Below are positions 35,601 to 47,440 of a DNA stretch of 64,000 nt, in pieces (positions within the stretch are counted from its first letter, which is position 1; each line of letters begins with the position of its first letter). Location: positions 62,001-126,000 of the forward strand of contig JANJGN010000323.1 in assembly GCA_026770705.1 (NCBI GenBank). Reading direction: 5' to 3'. A model generated the notes under the pieces. That model had not been told where the DNA came from, did not search any database, and worked only from the letters and a program-made list of their open reading frames with translations. The DNA comes from Isurus oxyrinchus. Its lineage: Eukaryota. Made by a program: the position numbers and the translations under genes.

Positions 35601-37656
35601 CAGTCCATGTGGTGTAGGTACACCCACAGTGCTGTTAGAGAGGGAGTTCCAGGATTTTGACCCTGCGACAGTGAAGGAACGGTGATATATTTCCAAGTCA
35701 GGATGGTGAGTGACTTGGAGGGGAACTTCCAGTTGGTGGTGTTCCCATGTGTCTGCTGCCCTTGTCCTTCTAGATGGTAGAGGTCGTGGTTTTGGAAGGT
35801 GCTGTTGAAGGAGTCTTGCTGAGTTGCTGCAGTGCATCTTGTAGATGGTACACACACTGCTGCCACTGTGTGTTCATGGTGGAGGGAGTGAATGTTTAAT
35901 GTGGTGGATGGGGTGTCGATCAATCGGGCTGCTTTGTTGTTGATGGTGTCGAGATTCTAGATTCTGTGCTTTGTGCAGAAGTGATTTAAAGAGACAGTCC
36001 CAGTCATTGGTGTAAGTTACAGTGGGCTCTGTGTCTGTGCTGCACTGACTCTCTGCTATATGATAACCACAGTGTGATATTGTGTTATTGCAGGAGAAGG
36101 ACAGCAATGGAGGAGAGAGTTTCAGGGACCAGAGACATTGCATTGACCCTCAGTTCACTCTCTGTGAACCACCAGGTACAGGAGCTGTTTACACTCACTC
36201 CAAAGCTTCAATCTCAGTGTGTAGACAACACATGTCCCAGATTCCCAGCCCAGTTACCCACTGATTTGTACCTGTGGAGTCAGCAATGGTTCAGTATCAT
36301 GCTGTCTCTCTGTTATGACACAGCAACTGGTAAAGGCTGTTGTTTAAAATCCCAGAGGAAACTTTAAACAACTGTCATAACCTATATTTCCCAGTGGAAT
36401 GTTTGAGATGCAGCTCTAAATTCAGGAATAAGAGCACCAGTTCTCGACATGGGTGTTATATCAAACTACATGAGACATTTATTAATTTACACAAGTTAAA
36501 CATATGCACATGGCTACAAGCGAGTATTATCATAACTTTTTAACAAATTCCCAAACTAATCTCCTCTAAGACAACCCATAGACTTTAAGCAGACACCAGG
36601 CAAAGCATTTTCACCTCACAAATTCCAAATGAGGTTCCTTTCACTTTGGTTCCTTTGCAGACAGATGTAGGCTTACAGCTGCTTTGATGTTACAAGCCTC
36701 TGCTCTGCACACACAAAACTGCTCAAGTTATACCCAATGCTTCTCTTTGAATGTAAATTCTCATTGAATCATCAGGACCTTTGAACTCCACCCTTCATCG
36801 TATCAATTTTATTAGTAATATAAACATTGATTCGTTTAAGATTTCACTCCCAGACATTGAATGCTCTGTTTAAAAATGGAAATTACCCCTTTACCTCTTT
36901 GTTTACATCTCAAAACTACTTGACATCAAAGTACCCGGACTGGCTGGCTTTAATCCAATTAAAACACTCACACACACACACCCACAGACTAAACCTCTGT
37001 TTAAAAAGACAATTTCCAATTACATTACATACATTAATAGATTAATAACACCCTATCTCTATCCCTTTCTCTCTTTCTCTTCCCTCTCATCCTCTCTCTG
37101 ATTACAAGGTTCTTGTTAATGAGCCTCACGTCAGGTACCTGAATGCAGAATCCAAGCCGGCACTCGCCAGAGACATTACCGAGGGAGTGCGAGACTGACA
37201 GAGGGTCAGTCCTGAGGGAGTGCTGCGCTGTCGGGGGTCAGTACTGAGGGAGTGCTGCCCTGTCATAGGTGGTTTCTTTTTTATGATATGAGAGAGAGAG
37301 TAAAACCAACTGAGACACGACTGACACTAATGAGGCTGCACAATAATTTAACCCTATCAGTGCCAGTAAATGATGTGAGGATGTCTTCTGTTTCCATTTC
37401 TCTGTAGGGTAAACAGAACGTGCTGATTACTGAGCCCCGGAACACAACCAGAGACACAACTAGCGAGGGGGAGACCCCAGCTCCCCGGGGTCTCTCTGAA
37501 GGTCCAGTGGGAGGTGGTGCTGGACATGGGAACCCTGACAATCCCAACGACCTTCTCTACGCCAATCCTCAAGTCTTCAGGGTGCGCAGTGGTGATGGGA
37601 CTGTCCACAAGGAAGAGGAGACGGAATACGCACAGATCAGATTCAAGCGAAACTGA
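26601..37656 (+). CDS. Siglec gene B (multi-exon model, possibly a pseudogene): signal, [V1 frameshifted], V2, C2, C2, TM, two cytoplasmic exons; 475 aa if V1 is skipped
   Basis: Exons 26601-26640, 29772-30140, 30954-31250, 33878-34171, 35274-35370, 36094-36175 and 37408-37656 are phase-compatible. It is an inverted paralog of gene A. V1 has a 1-nt deletion and V2 lacks a polypyrimidine tract. Confidence 0.7.
27343..27716 (+). pseudogene. Gene B V-set exon V1 (VGL-type, most divergent loops), frameshifted near its 3' end
   Basis: 374 nt. AATGGCCGAGC versus AATGGTCCGAGC in paralogs is a 1-nt deletion near 27674; stop at 27696-27698. Confidence 0.75.
28955..29518. repeat. 33-bp minisatellite
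   Basis: CAGTGCAGCACTCCCTCAGTACTGACCCTCCGA units. Confidence 0.9.
29772..30140 (+). CDS. Gene B V-set exon V2 (AEP-type) with a weak, replaced acceptor
   Basis: 369 nt, open; preceded by ...GGGACACACAG instead of TTTCTCTCCCCAG. Confidence 0.75.
30954..31250 (+). CDS. Gene B Ig domain-2 exon
   Basis: 297 nt, near-identical to the A and C copies. Confidence 0.87.
31443..31514 (+). pseudogene. 3' remnant of the repeated C2 exon (Cys to Ser)
   Basis: [22 protein letters not shown]|GTGAGT. Confidence 0.7.
31840..32900 (-). mobile_element. Penelope-like fragment in gene B
   Basis: LIYCIQCSQCGLLYIGDTKHRL GIY-YIG peptide. Confidence 0.8.
33045..33570. repeat. About 37-bp minisatellite GGAGGAGGTTACAGAGATAGGGAGGGTTGTAGGGGCT
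   Basis: Expanded in B; only about 2 copies at the mirror site 8420-8490. Confidence 0.85.
33878..34171 (+). CDS. Gene B membrane-proximal C2 exon
   Basis: 294 nt, paralog of 7813-8106. Confidence 0.85.
34520..34780. repeat. AT-rich tandem repeat (TATATAAATATTACATAGATTACATCGAGAAA); mirror at 7310-7460
   Basis: Visible directly. Confidence 0.8.
35274..35370 (+). CDS. Gene B transmembrane exon
   Basis: 97 nt hydrophobic exon with AG/GT ends. Confidence 0.85.
36094..36175 (+). CDS. Gene B cytoplasmic exon 1
   Basis: 82 nt; [27 protein letters not shown]. Confidence 0.8.
36311..37050 (-). mobile_element. Solo LTR-like element, mirror of 5011-5748
   Basis: TGTTAT...ATAACA termini. Confidence 0.6.
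37408..37656 (+). CDS. Gene B terminal cytoplasmic exon (LLYANP; TEYAQI)
   Basis: 249 nt to the TGA. Confidence 0.85.
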   Translation, partial: GKQNVLITEPRNTTRDTTSEGETPAPRGLSEGPVGGGAGHGNPDNPNDLLYANPQVFRVRSGDGTVHKEEETEYAQIRFKRN

Positions 37657-39369
37657 GTGTGATACGGAGAGAGGGGGTGAGGAGGTTTGTGGGTGGGGGC
37701 AGGGATTGTGATTCCTTGGAACATGAGACAACCCACTGGGGGAGAGGGGGAGAGAGGGAGGAAGGGACTGAATGGGTCTGTGGTTGGTGTGGTTTGGAAT
37801 GAAATGTTTCCCCAGAGACGACTTGATGCTGAGTCATTGGGGACAGAGATTCAGTGTCTCTCTCTCTCCCAGTCTGTCTCTCTATCTCTCTCTCCTTCTC
37901 TGTCTGTCTCTCTCTGTCTCTCTCCCTCTGCATCTCTGTCTATCTCTCTCCTCCTTTAACATGGTCCTTATTAACTGGTTTTGTTAACTCAGCTTTTTGT
38001 CACCTGTCCCTTATATCTCATTATTTGTCTCAGAGATGGATTTATATGTGGTTAACAATCCCCTGAAGAGTTTTGGGACAGTGTGCTACTTTAAGTGTGC
38101 TATATAAATGCAAGTTGTTGTAGTAACGTTGATCTGCCTCGATTCAGAATGGAAACACGGAGAATCCTTCGACAGGGCGTGTGTGCAACAGGCTCGCAAT
38201 AAATGCATTGCACGGCAACAACTAAGCATGTCCGTTGATGCTGATGCATCCCAGTCCTGCTGTGTGGACACATCACAACCGAGGGACTGCCTGACTGCGT
38301 GCAGCTAACATGGCAGAGTAGTAATTAGCAGAAATGTGACGTCACTGAACTTTGTTAACATTTCAGAATGTGCTTTCTGAATTCTGCAACTTGTTTATTC
38401 TGTGATAGATTAAAAGAAGCTTTTGCATTTTCTATAATATTACATTTATTGTCACAAGGGATTGAAATGCCCAGACAACACTGTACAGATATATTTTTAT
38501 TAAACAGCTTACTCTGGGACAACCCCCCTGCTCCAATCTGTTAATTCATGTCATTGCATTTCCCCACCAAATTATGTAAATTCATGTGTCCACATTTATC
38601 ATGAAAATTTCCCATGTAAACATGTCACACTGTACTTACACTCTCTTGCCAGTGGTGGTGCTGTAAGCACACCAGATACTTTCTCAGCGATTGCAGGACC
38701 TCTCCGAGTTGTCTTTACAATATTATTAAGATACAGGGAATGGGGACAATCTTCACACTGTGGTTACGATGTTGTTAAGACAGATAGCTGGTGAAACCTC
38801 CCCCCCCCACTCCCGAGGCAGCATCTGTTCTGGCTGTGAGACCCCCACACTTATCCCATGCCCCCTGTTCATTTCTCCATCCCTGCTCTAACTTAGCGCT
38901 TTTGGACATGAAGGGCGGGGCCCACAGGAAAGTGTGGAAGGGCTGCCCATCGCAGCTGGAACAAGGATCCTGGCAGGTCTCCCAGGACAGAATGGCGGAG
39001 TGGGGGAGGGGGAGCAGTGGGGTCAATATCCACACCCTCCAGGAGGGCAGCATCATCAACGCAGGGCCGAATGCCCCTCCACCCGGAACGCTGTCCACCA
39101 TGATTTCAACGTCCTTCACCGGAAGCCTTTTGAAGGTTGCCGTGGCCAGATTTCAATCGGCCGCTTGGTCACCATTGGTCCAAGCAGTCACTAAGCACCC
39201 ACCTCTGCCCGCCCCTTTGCACTCATTCTGCAGCCACATCTTATGCGAGCAGGCCTTAATTAGCCCGGCCGCGTAAAATCGCAGCGCGGAGCTGATCGCG
39301 GGCAATAGTCGGATTCCTCACCGCCCCCAGCCCTGTGCACCCCTGCCGAGGGCAAAAATCTGACCTGAA

Positions 39370-41340
39370 GGATCCCAGCAGAATAATAAAGAGGCAGAAA
39401 TGATAATATGAGAGTAAACTAGCAAGAACCATAAACAATGACAGTGAGATGTTGTACATTAAAATAAGAGAGAAGCTACAGTAATAATGGGACACATAGA
39501 AAATCAGACTGGGGAATTAATAATGGGAAACAGGAAATGACAGAGACTTTCAACAAGAATTTTGTGTCTGTCTGCACAGTAAAAATCTCTAAAACCATCC
39601 CAATAGCAGGAGAAAGTCACGGTGCAACAAGGAGGGAGGAACATAAAACAATCACTATCACCAGAGAAAAAGTATTAAGAAAACTAATGAGACAAATGCT
39701 GACAAGTCCCATGGAGCAGACGGCCTGAATGTGAGGGTCTGAAAGGAAATGGCTGCAGAGACAGTGGATGCATTGGATGTAATCTTCCAGAATTCCTTAG
39801 ATTATGGGAAGGTCCCAGCGGATTGGAAAAACATAAATGAAACATTTCTGTTCAATAAAGGGAGGAGGCAGAAAGCAAGAAACTACAGGTCAGTTAGTCT
39901 AATATCTGTCATTGGGAAAATACCAGAATTCATTATGAAGGAGGGAGCAGCAGGACATTTAGAAATCCATAATTCAATCAGACAGAGTCAACATGGGTTT
40001 GTGAAAGGGATATCATGTTTGAAAAAATAATTAGATTTCCTCGAGGATGTAACAAGTGGATTGGATAAAGGGGAACCTGTAGATGTGGTGTATTAGGGAC
40101 TATGACACAGCCAAGGGTAAAGGCTGAGTTGTTCAAATCCCAGAGGGAAAATTGAAATAACTGTCATAACCTAATTTTGCTATTTGTAATTTCGAGATGA
40201 AGACTTTGAATTCAGTAGGAATAAGACCACGGAGGCTTGTGGGTTTTTTTATATAAAACTAAATAAACCATTTATTAATTTAACAACAAAATTAACACAT
40301 ACACATTGGCTACAAATAACTATTATAATAACATTTTAACAAATCCCCCAATTAATCAACCCCACGTAAACCTCTACTAAGGCAACAATGAACCATTGAC
40401 ATAATATAGACACCAGGCAAAGCACATTTGACATTACGAGTTCCGAATGAGGTTCCTTTGCAAGTTGGTTGGAGGCTACAGGCTGGTTAGGTCTGAAATG
40501 CTCCTGCCTCACACACACAAACTCCTTCCTTTATATAGCTAGCTTTCCCTTTGAATGTAAATTTTCCATTGTATCACTCGGACTTCTGAACTCCAGCTCT
40601 TCGAACAATAAAACCCCCTTTCATAGCACCAATTTCATTAGTAAGTTCAAGAAAAAACACATCTTTTGGCTCCTTCTAACTAGGTGCAAGATTTTACCCC
40701 CAGTCTGGAATGGTTTATTCAACAATTGCAAATGAACACTTTACTGTTCTCCTCACAATTCACCCAATTAACATCTCAAAACTACTAAACATCAAAGCAC
40801 ACAGACCAGCTGGCTTTAATCCAATTAAGACACACACAGACACACACCTATACATGGACCACCACTAGAATTCTATTTGAAAATATAATTTCCAAGCACA
40901 TTTTACACACAAATATCTCTTCATGACACTGGATTTCCAAAAGGCTTTCGACAAGGTGCCACATCAAATGATACTGCACAGGGTGAAATTGGATGGTGTT
41001 GGGGGGGATATATTAATATGGATAGAGGACTGGCTAACTGACAGGAAACAGAGAGCCAGGATAAATGGGTGATTTTCAGCTTGGTAAACTGTAACTAGTG
41101 GAGAGCCACAGGGATCAGTGCTGAGGCCTCAACTATTCACAAACTACATTAGTGACTTGGATGAAGGGACTGACTGTACTGTAGGCAGATTTTCTGACTG
41201 TATGGTGAAGATAGGTAGGAAATATATAAGCTGAGCAGGAAAGCTAATTGTGAGGAGGACATAAAGAGACTGCAGAGGGAGATAAATAGTTTCAGTGAGG
41301 GTATAAAAAAATGAGCGAATGGAATATAAGGAATATAAGG
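39370..41340 (+). mobile_element. Degenerate CR1-type LINE fragment with an LTR-like insert at about 40095-40929
   Basis: CR1 ORF2 peptide remnants, DFQKAFDKV motif region near 40932. Confidence 0.75.
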
Positions 41341-41439
41341 GTGTCCAGCTGATCTTACTTGTTCTGTTCTTATATTCTTATACAGACACAGGGTTTGCTG
41401 AAAGTGCGCAGCAAAGTGCTGTTCTCTCACTTTGTTCCA

Positions 41440-41579
41440 ACTTCCTCATTTTGTCTCACAGTGACACATCAGCCTTTTCTAATTAAATACACAGATGGAT
41501 CAGCACAGGAAGAGGTCATTCAGCCCAAGCAGAGCGTGTGGGCAGTTCCTCCCCAGGCGAGCAGTCGGACAGGTCCTGG
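41440..41579 (+). promoter_or_regulatory. Putative promoter and non-coding exon 1 of gene C
   Basis: ACTTCCTCATTTT followed by CCTGG|GTAAGT; the signal-exon acceptor ends at 41970. Confidence 0.55.
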
Positions 41580-42012
41580 GTAAGTAACGGAACGATTGGA
41601 ATTCACTTCCACGACCAACACCGTCCTTTGTTGATGTTGTGACTTTATAAAGACAGATTCCAATGATTGATGCCTTTGAAAGATTTCTACTGATTATTGA
41701 GATCTGGGTGTGAGACTCAAGTCTGTTGTACAGAACATCTTTCTAGCTCAAGGGACATGAGCTTGGGGACATCCTGAGGTGGTGAAAGCGGATATAGAAA
41801 TGCAAGACCTTCATTGTTTTTCTTTCTGAAAGCCTTGTAACTCTCTGCAGAGCACCTATCATCCCACAAAGAATCAAATTAGTCTGTGAAGATATTGTCT
41901 AAAAGCAGTTCTGATCTCTCGAGAGCATTCAGACAAGAGGTGAAGTCTCATTAACTCCTTTCTCTTTCAGAACTTCAGAGTTAGAAGCTGAGGAAATATC
42001 TGGGAGTGGACA

Positions 42013-42052
42013 ATGATCGGGAAATCTTACTTCCTCCTGTCTCTTCTCCAAG
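42013..42052 (+). CDS. Gene C signal peptide exon
   Basis: ATGATCGGG...CCAAG|GTAA. Confidence 0.85.
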
Positions 42053-45000
42053 GTAATACCATCGTCAACTCAGACAGATTTATGGTTAATAGTCTTTGTA
42101 AAAGATCATTCTTATTGAGCTCTGATAGGGAACTGAATCAGCAGTGATCCAGTGTACAAACTCACACCAAGTCCCATTCATCCATGACCACTGTGCTCAC
42201 TGATATACACTGAATCCCTGTCTGACAGTAGAATTGGAGGACAGCAGAGGTCTTGCAGGGTTGTAGGGGCTGGAGGGGTTTGCAGGGATAGGCAGGTTTG
42301 TAGCAGCTAGAGCAGAATCTTAAAATTCAGTTGCTGTCGGACGTTGGTCACTGAGCGATTGGGATTGATGGGTTGAGTAGAGAAGCAGGGATAAATACTG
42401 GTGGATGAAGTCTATCCTGCTGCGAGGTCTCCGATAGCAATGGCCTGAAATTTGTGTCCTTTCCTGCCTTTATTCAAAATTTCCCATGAAGACAACACAG
42501 CAGCTCCTAGAATAGACAGGCTGTTCAGTGTCACACTTCCTGTCCATTCTCACCTTGCTAGATACTTCAATAAGGGAGCAAGATAACTGAAAGAGAGAAG
42601 TAGATAAAGCCGTTTGTGTGTAATTCTGTCAAATATTCTGAGTTATCATGATTGTCTCTGATCTGCTGCAGAGTTTAAATTTCACAGAATCTGAGCACTT
42701 TGCAGCTCAGAGAGAGACCATTGACTCACTGCCTGAAAGGGCGGTGGAAGCAGATTCAACAGGAACTTTCAGAAGGGGAACTGGATAAATACTTGAAGGG
42801 AAATTTGCAGGGCTGTGTGAAAGGTGCTGGAGAGGAATTGGGAAAGAGCCAGCACATGCACGATGGGTCAAATGAGCTCCTCCTGTGTTGTATCATTCAA
42901 CAATCAGACAATTTAAGACCCTTGTCAGCAAATCTTCAGAATCCTGCTGAATCACAGATGTTTCAGAAGGACAGGGAACAAGAGGTTTCTGGTATCAGCG
43001 CTTCATGTGGGGCCCAGTTCAGTTTGAACAAATAAACAACGTCATCTTTGAAAGTCATGAACCCACCACTGCGGCACCTCCGGCACATGCAGAGCTCAGT
43101 CCAGAGGCACTTTGTTAGTGTGTTTCACAGTGTCTGCTGGAGTAGGGTCAGTGCTGAGCTTGGGGACAAGTCAGTCTACAATGCTGCATTGGAATCAACA
43201 ATACAACAATATGGGGTTTGGATCAGAAATAATCCCCTAGACAATGAGGATCCAAAGAGATTCTTCAGACAATGAGGATCCAAAGAGATTCCTTAGACAA
43301 TGAGGATCCAAAGAGATTCCTTTGGCAGTAAGAATCCAAAGAGATTTCTCATTCCATCGGTTGTCTAACTGGGGTCCATAATTTTCCAAGGGGTCCTTGG
43401 CAGAATCAAATTATCGAGCAATAGTGTGTAAAATACCGGAGAGAACGGGAAAGGTGGGATCAATGGAAAACTGTTCACTCTGTTTACACTAATGGGAGTT
43501 AGTCTCAGTAATGGAGACCATGAAACTATCATCGATTGTCATACACACCCATCTGGTTCACTAATGGCCTTTAGGGAAGGAAATCTGCCGTCTATATCTG
43601 GTCTGGCCTACATGTGACTCCAGACTCATAGCAACGTGGTTCCTCTGAAATGTCCGAGCAAACCATCCAGTTCTCACCATGCTAGAAACTTCAATAAGGG
43701 AGTAAGATAACTGAAAGAGAGAAGGAAGGTAAAGCTGTTCATGTGGATAGATGTCAAATATCCTGAGTGATCATGATTGTCTCTACTCTGCTACAGAGAT
43801 TATGTCACGGGACATTAGAGATGGGCAGCAAATGCTGGCCTTGGCAGCGACGCCCACATCCCATGAATGAATACATTTACAAAATCTTATTACTTGGAAG
43901 GTGCAAGTGCAGGTTGTTATGATCCTTGAGCAGACCCTCTCAGCACTGACCCTACTCCAGCAGACCCTGTGAAACACACTAACAAAGCGCCTCTCGCCTG
44001 AGCTCTGCATGTGTCGGAGGTGCCGCTGTGGTGGGTTCATGACTTTCAAAGATGGTGTTGTTTATTTGTTCAAACTGAACTGGGCCCCACACAAAACGCT
44101 GATACCAGAAACCTCTTGTTCCCTGTCCTTCTGAAATATCCGTGACTTCAGCAGGATTCTGAAGAGTTGCTGATGGAGGAACAGGCACCCAATTTTTTTT
44201 GATAATTTACAGTTAGGAACCAATAATATTTTGTTTCAAGTAGACGAGGTTTGAGATTTAAGATGCTTGCAAAGAGAATAAAGCTACAAGATTCCATGGC
44301 TTTTAAACAAACAAAAATAAACTTTACTGCACCAGCTCAGAAAGATAAAATAATTCACAATATCCACCTTATACCCTAACATTCTGGATTAATATGAGCT
44401 CATGTGAATTAACAGGCAAACTGTGGTCTCACAGACACATTACTCATTAAATTGTAAACGCGACCAAGATAGAGCCCATGGATTTCACAACAACCCACCC
44501 GGACATCAGTGAACACTGTCAGTCAACCAATCTCACTGAAACTCTGTTTCTCTCATGAGGGATTCCAGTCTTCAACTTCGAAGATCTTGCCTTGGAATTC
44601 TCTCCAAAAGTCGCTTCAACTCGGATGGCCTCAGTGACGTTCCACCTCCCTTGGTTTCCATCTCTTCTCCTGAGGCTCCATTGCCCTGGATTCCCGACTA
44701 TATACTCAAGCACCACTAGGATTAGATGAAAGGTTTTGATTGACTGGGTAGACAGAGAATGTTCCCTCTTGTGGGCAGGAGAATAACTAGAGGCCGAGTG
44801 ATTGGTGATTCCTTAAACATTGAAGAGGGAATGAACACCAATCAGATTGAATCAGATTAGCCAATCAGCTGTGTTGAAGAGCAGACAGGAATGTTAGGCT
44901 AATTAGTGATTCATGACGGTGATAATGGGGGGAGTTCTGAGGGCTCCTAATCCATTGTCCTGTCTTGTAAATCAGCACTGAATGGATCTCAATTGGTGCG

Positions 45001-47401
45001 TCTTGTAGACACTGTGTTGGGTGGAAGACTGGCTTCACTAAGGGGAAGTGGTAGCAGAGAGGTATTGTCACTGGGCTAGTATTCCAGAGGCCCAGGGTGA
45101 TGCTCTGGGGCCCTGGGTGTGAATCCTATCACAGCAGATGAATGGGATTAAAAAGCCTGGTTCACTGATCACCTATAGGGAAGGAAATCTGCCACTCTTA
45201 CCCAGTCTGGCCTACATGTCACTTCAAACCCAAAGCTATGTGGTTGACTCTTAAATACCTCTGATGGACATGGGATGGGTAATAAATCCCATGAATGAAT
45301 AATTTGAAAAAAAGCTAAACAGTGTCCTGAGGACCATGAGCTTATGTAGAATGAACTTGTCCACTCCTGCGTCCAGGATTCTCTTCCATCCATTGTGAAA
45401 CCTTGAGGAGTTCCTTGTGTGTCCTGTAGATGGTCCACACTGCAGCCAATGTGCCCCAGTGATGGAGGGGGTGGATATCAAGTCTAATGGATTGAAAAAA
45501 CATCCAGAATTAAGTATTGATATTTCTCTCCACAGTTGGACTGTCACAAGAGTGGAAAGGTGACACTCCACGAGAGGTGACAGCGCAGGAAGGTTCCTGT
45601 GTACAGATTCCATGTCATTACAGTTATCCATCACATTTGGAAAAGCAACCACGAGTTGGAATTTGGTTTAATAATGAGGAATGGAGAACATCGTCTATAG
45701 CCTTTCACTCCAAGGATCACAGTCACGAGTTACCACGGTTCCACCATCGGACCCGGCTGTCTGGAGACCTGAAAGATGGTGACTGTTCCCTGATTATAAA
45801 CAACATCAGACGGGAAGATGCAGGACCTTATTTTTTCAGAATAGAATTTGACAGCAGAAATAAATACAGCTACTATCCTGTAACCCAGCTTCACGTTTCT
45901 GGTAAGTGCTGTGTTATAATTACTCAACAATTCACATCCAACACTCAATGGGAAATAACACAAACTGTGACGTTTACATATTAACACAAAACACAGCTTA
46001 TTATAACACACTGTCTGATTCTCAATAACCTGCTGACAGCTTCCAGTTCAGTCCTAAAGCAACCTCTAAAATCACTTTAATATCAATGATGAAAAGCATT
46101 AACTGTATTATCAGGTTATCCACTCCCATCAATCTCTCCTGTCCTGTTTAAAAGTCTGACGTATCGATAAAAGAAAGATGTGCATTTCTGCAGCGCAATT
46201 TACCACCTCAGGAGGATCCAAATCCCTTCACAGCCAATGAAATTATTCCTGAATTATAGTCACAGATGTTAAACACAGCAGGCAGTTTGTGCACAGCAAG
46301 ATCCAACAAACCACAAGGTGATAAATCACCCAGATCACTGAGGAAATGAGAAGCCAGTGAACTCAAACCTCTGGTCTGATGAAGAGTCATACGGACTCGA
46401 AACGTTAACCCTGTCTTCCTCTCCACTGATACTATCAGACCTGCTGAGTCTTTCCAGCAATTTTTGTTTTTGTTTCAGATTTCCAGCATCCGCAGTATTC
46501 TGCTTTTAACTCCAATCTCTGGTCTGAGCCTCTTCTCTCATCCAGTATTCTCAATTCACATGTCTCGGAGTGAACGTGTATTAAGCTGAGAGACAGAAAC
46601 ACTACTGCCAAAGAGCAAGAAAATCTTTCCTGATCATTGTAACCTCTCAGTTCTGATATCATCCTTGTAAAAGTGCTTTCTCTTGTGGGACTGTGGTTTC
46701 TATTTGAACTGATGCTTCACGTTATATTTCTCTAAAAGGATCCATTCTCTGTCTGTTAGATTTCACAGATAAACCCATGATATTCCCTGCTGAAATTATT
46801 GCAGGAAAGCGTGTGGATGTAAGCTGCACCTTCAACACAACGTGCAATGGAACAGCAGCACCTGTCTTAACCTGGGACACTCCCACTGACGTACGTGGAT
46901 CAGTCTCAAACACTGTAACTCAGCATGGTGTCACTCTGACCTATACTTCTGTTCTGACCCTGATCCCATCACTCAAACACCACGGACACACACTCAGCTG
47001 CAGAGTGAGATATCCATCTGTTTCATCGGAGCGGACCCTCGTACTAACTGTGCAAGGTAAGAATGGACACCCTTCATTCTACATTAGCTAGAAAGCTCTA
47101 CATAGTACATTGCAAGATCCCACAACTGCATTGTGTTTAGCAACAAATCAATAGTCTTTAACTGATACAAATTCACCTCTGACACTGCAGCAGTCCCTGA
47201 ATACTGATTCTCCAACACTGCAGCACTCCCTCAGTACTGAGTCTTGTTCACAATGAAATCTTTAATTGTTCTTAGATGCACCACAGAATCTCTCATTTAC
47301 TTCGCTTGATATGATTAATGCTTCATCGATCAATATAATTGAGGGGTTCATAACCATCACTGTGGAATGTGAGTTAATGCAAACTTCAACATCACTCACA
47401 C

Positions 47402-47440
<39 letters not shown>

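Larger units (their letters stand above)
29770..42005. repeat. Right arm of the inverted segmental duplication
   Basis: Reverse complement of about 1-12531. Confidence 0.9.
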
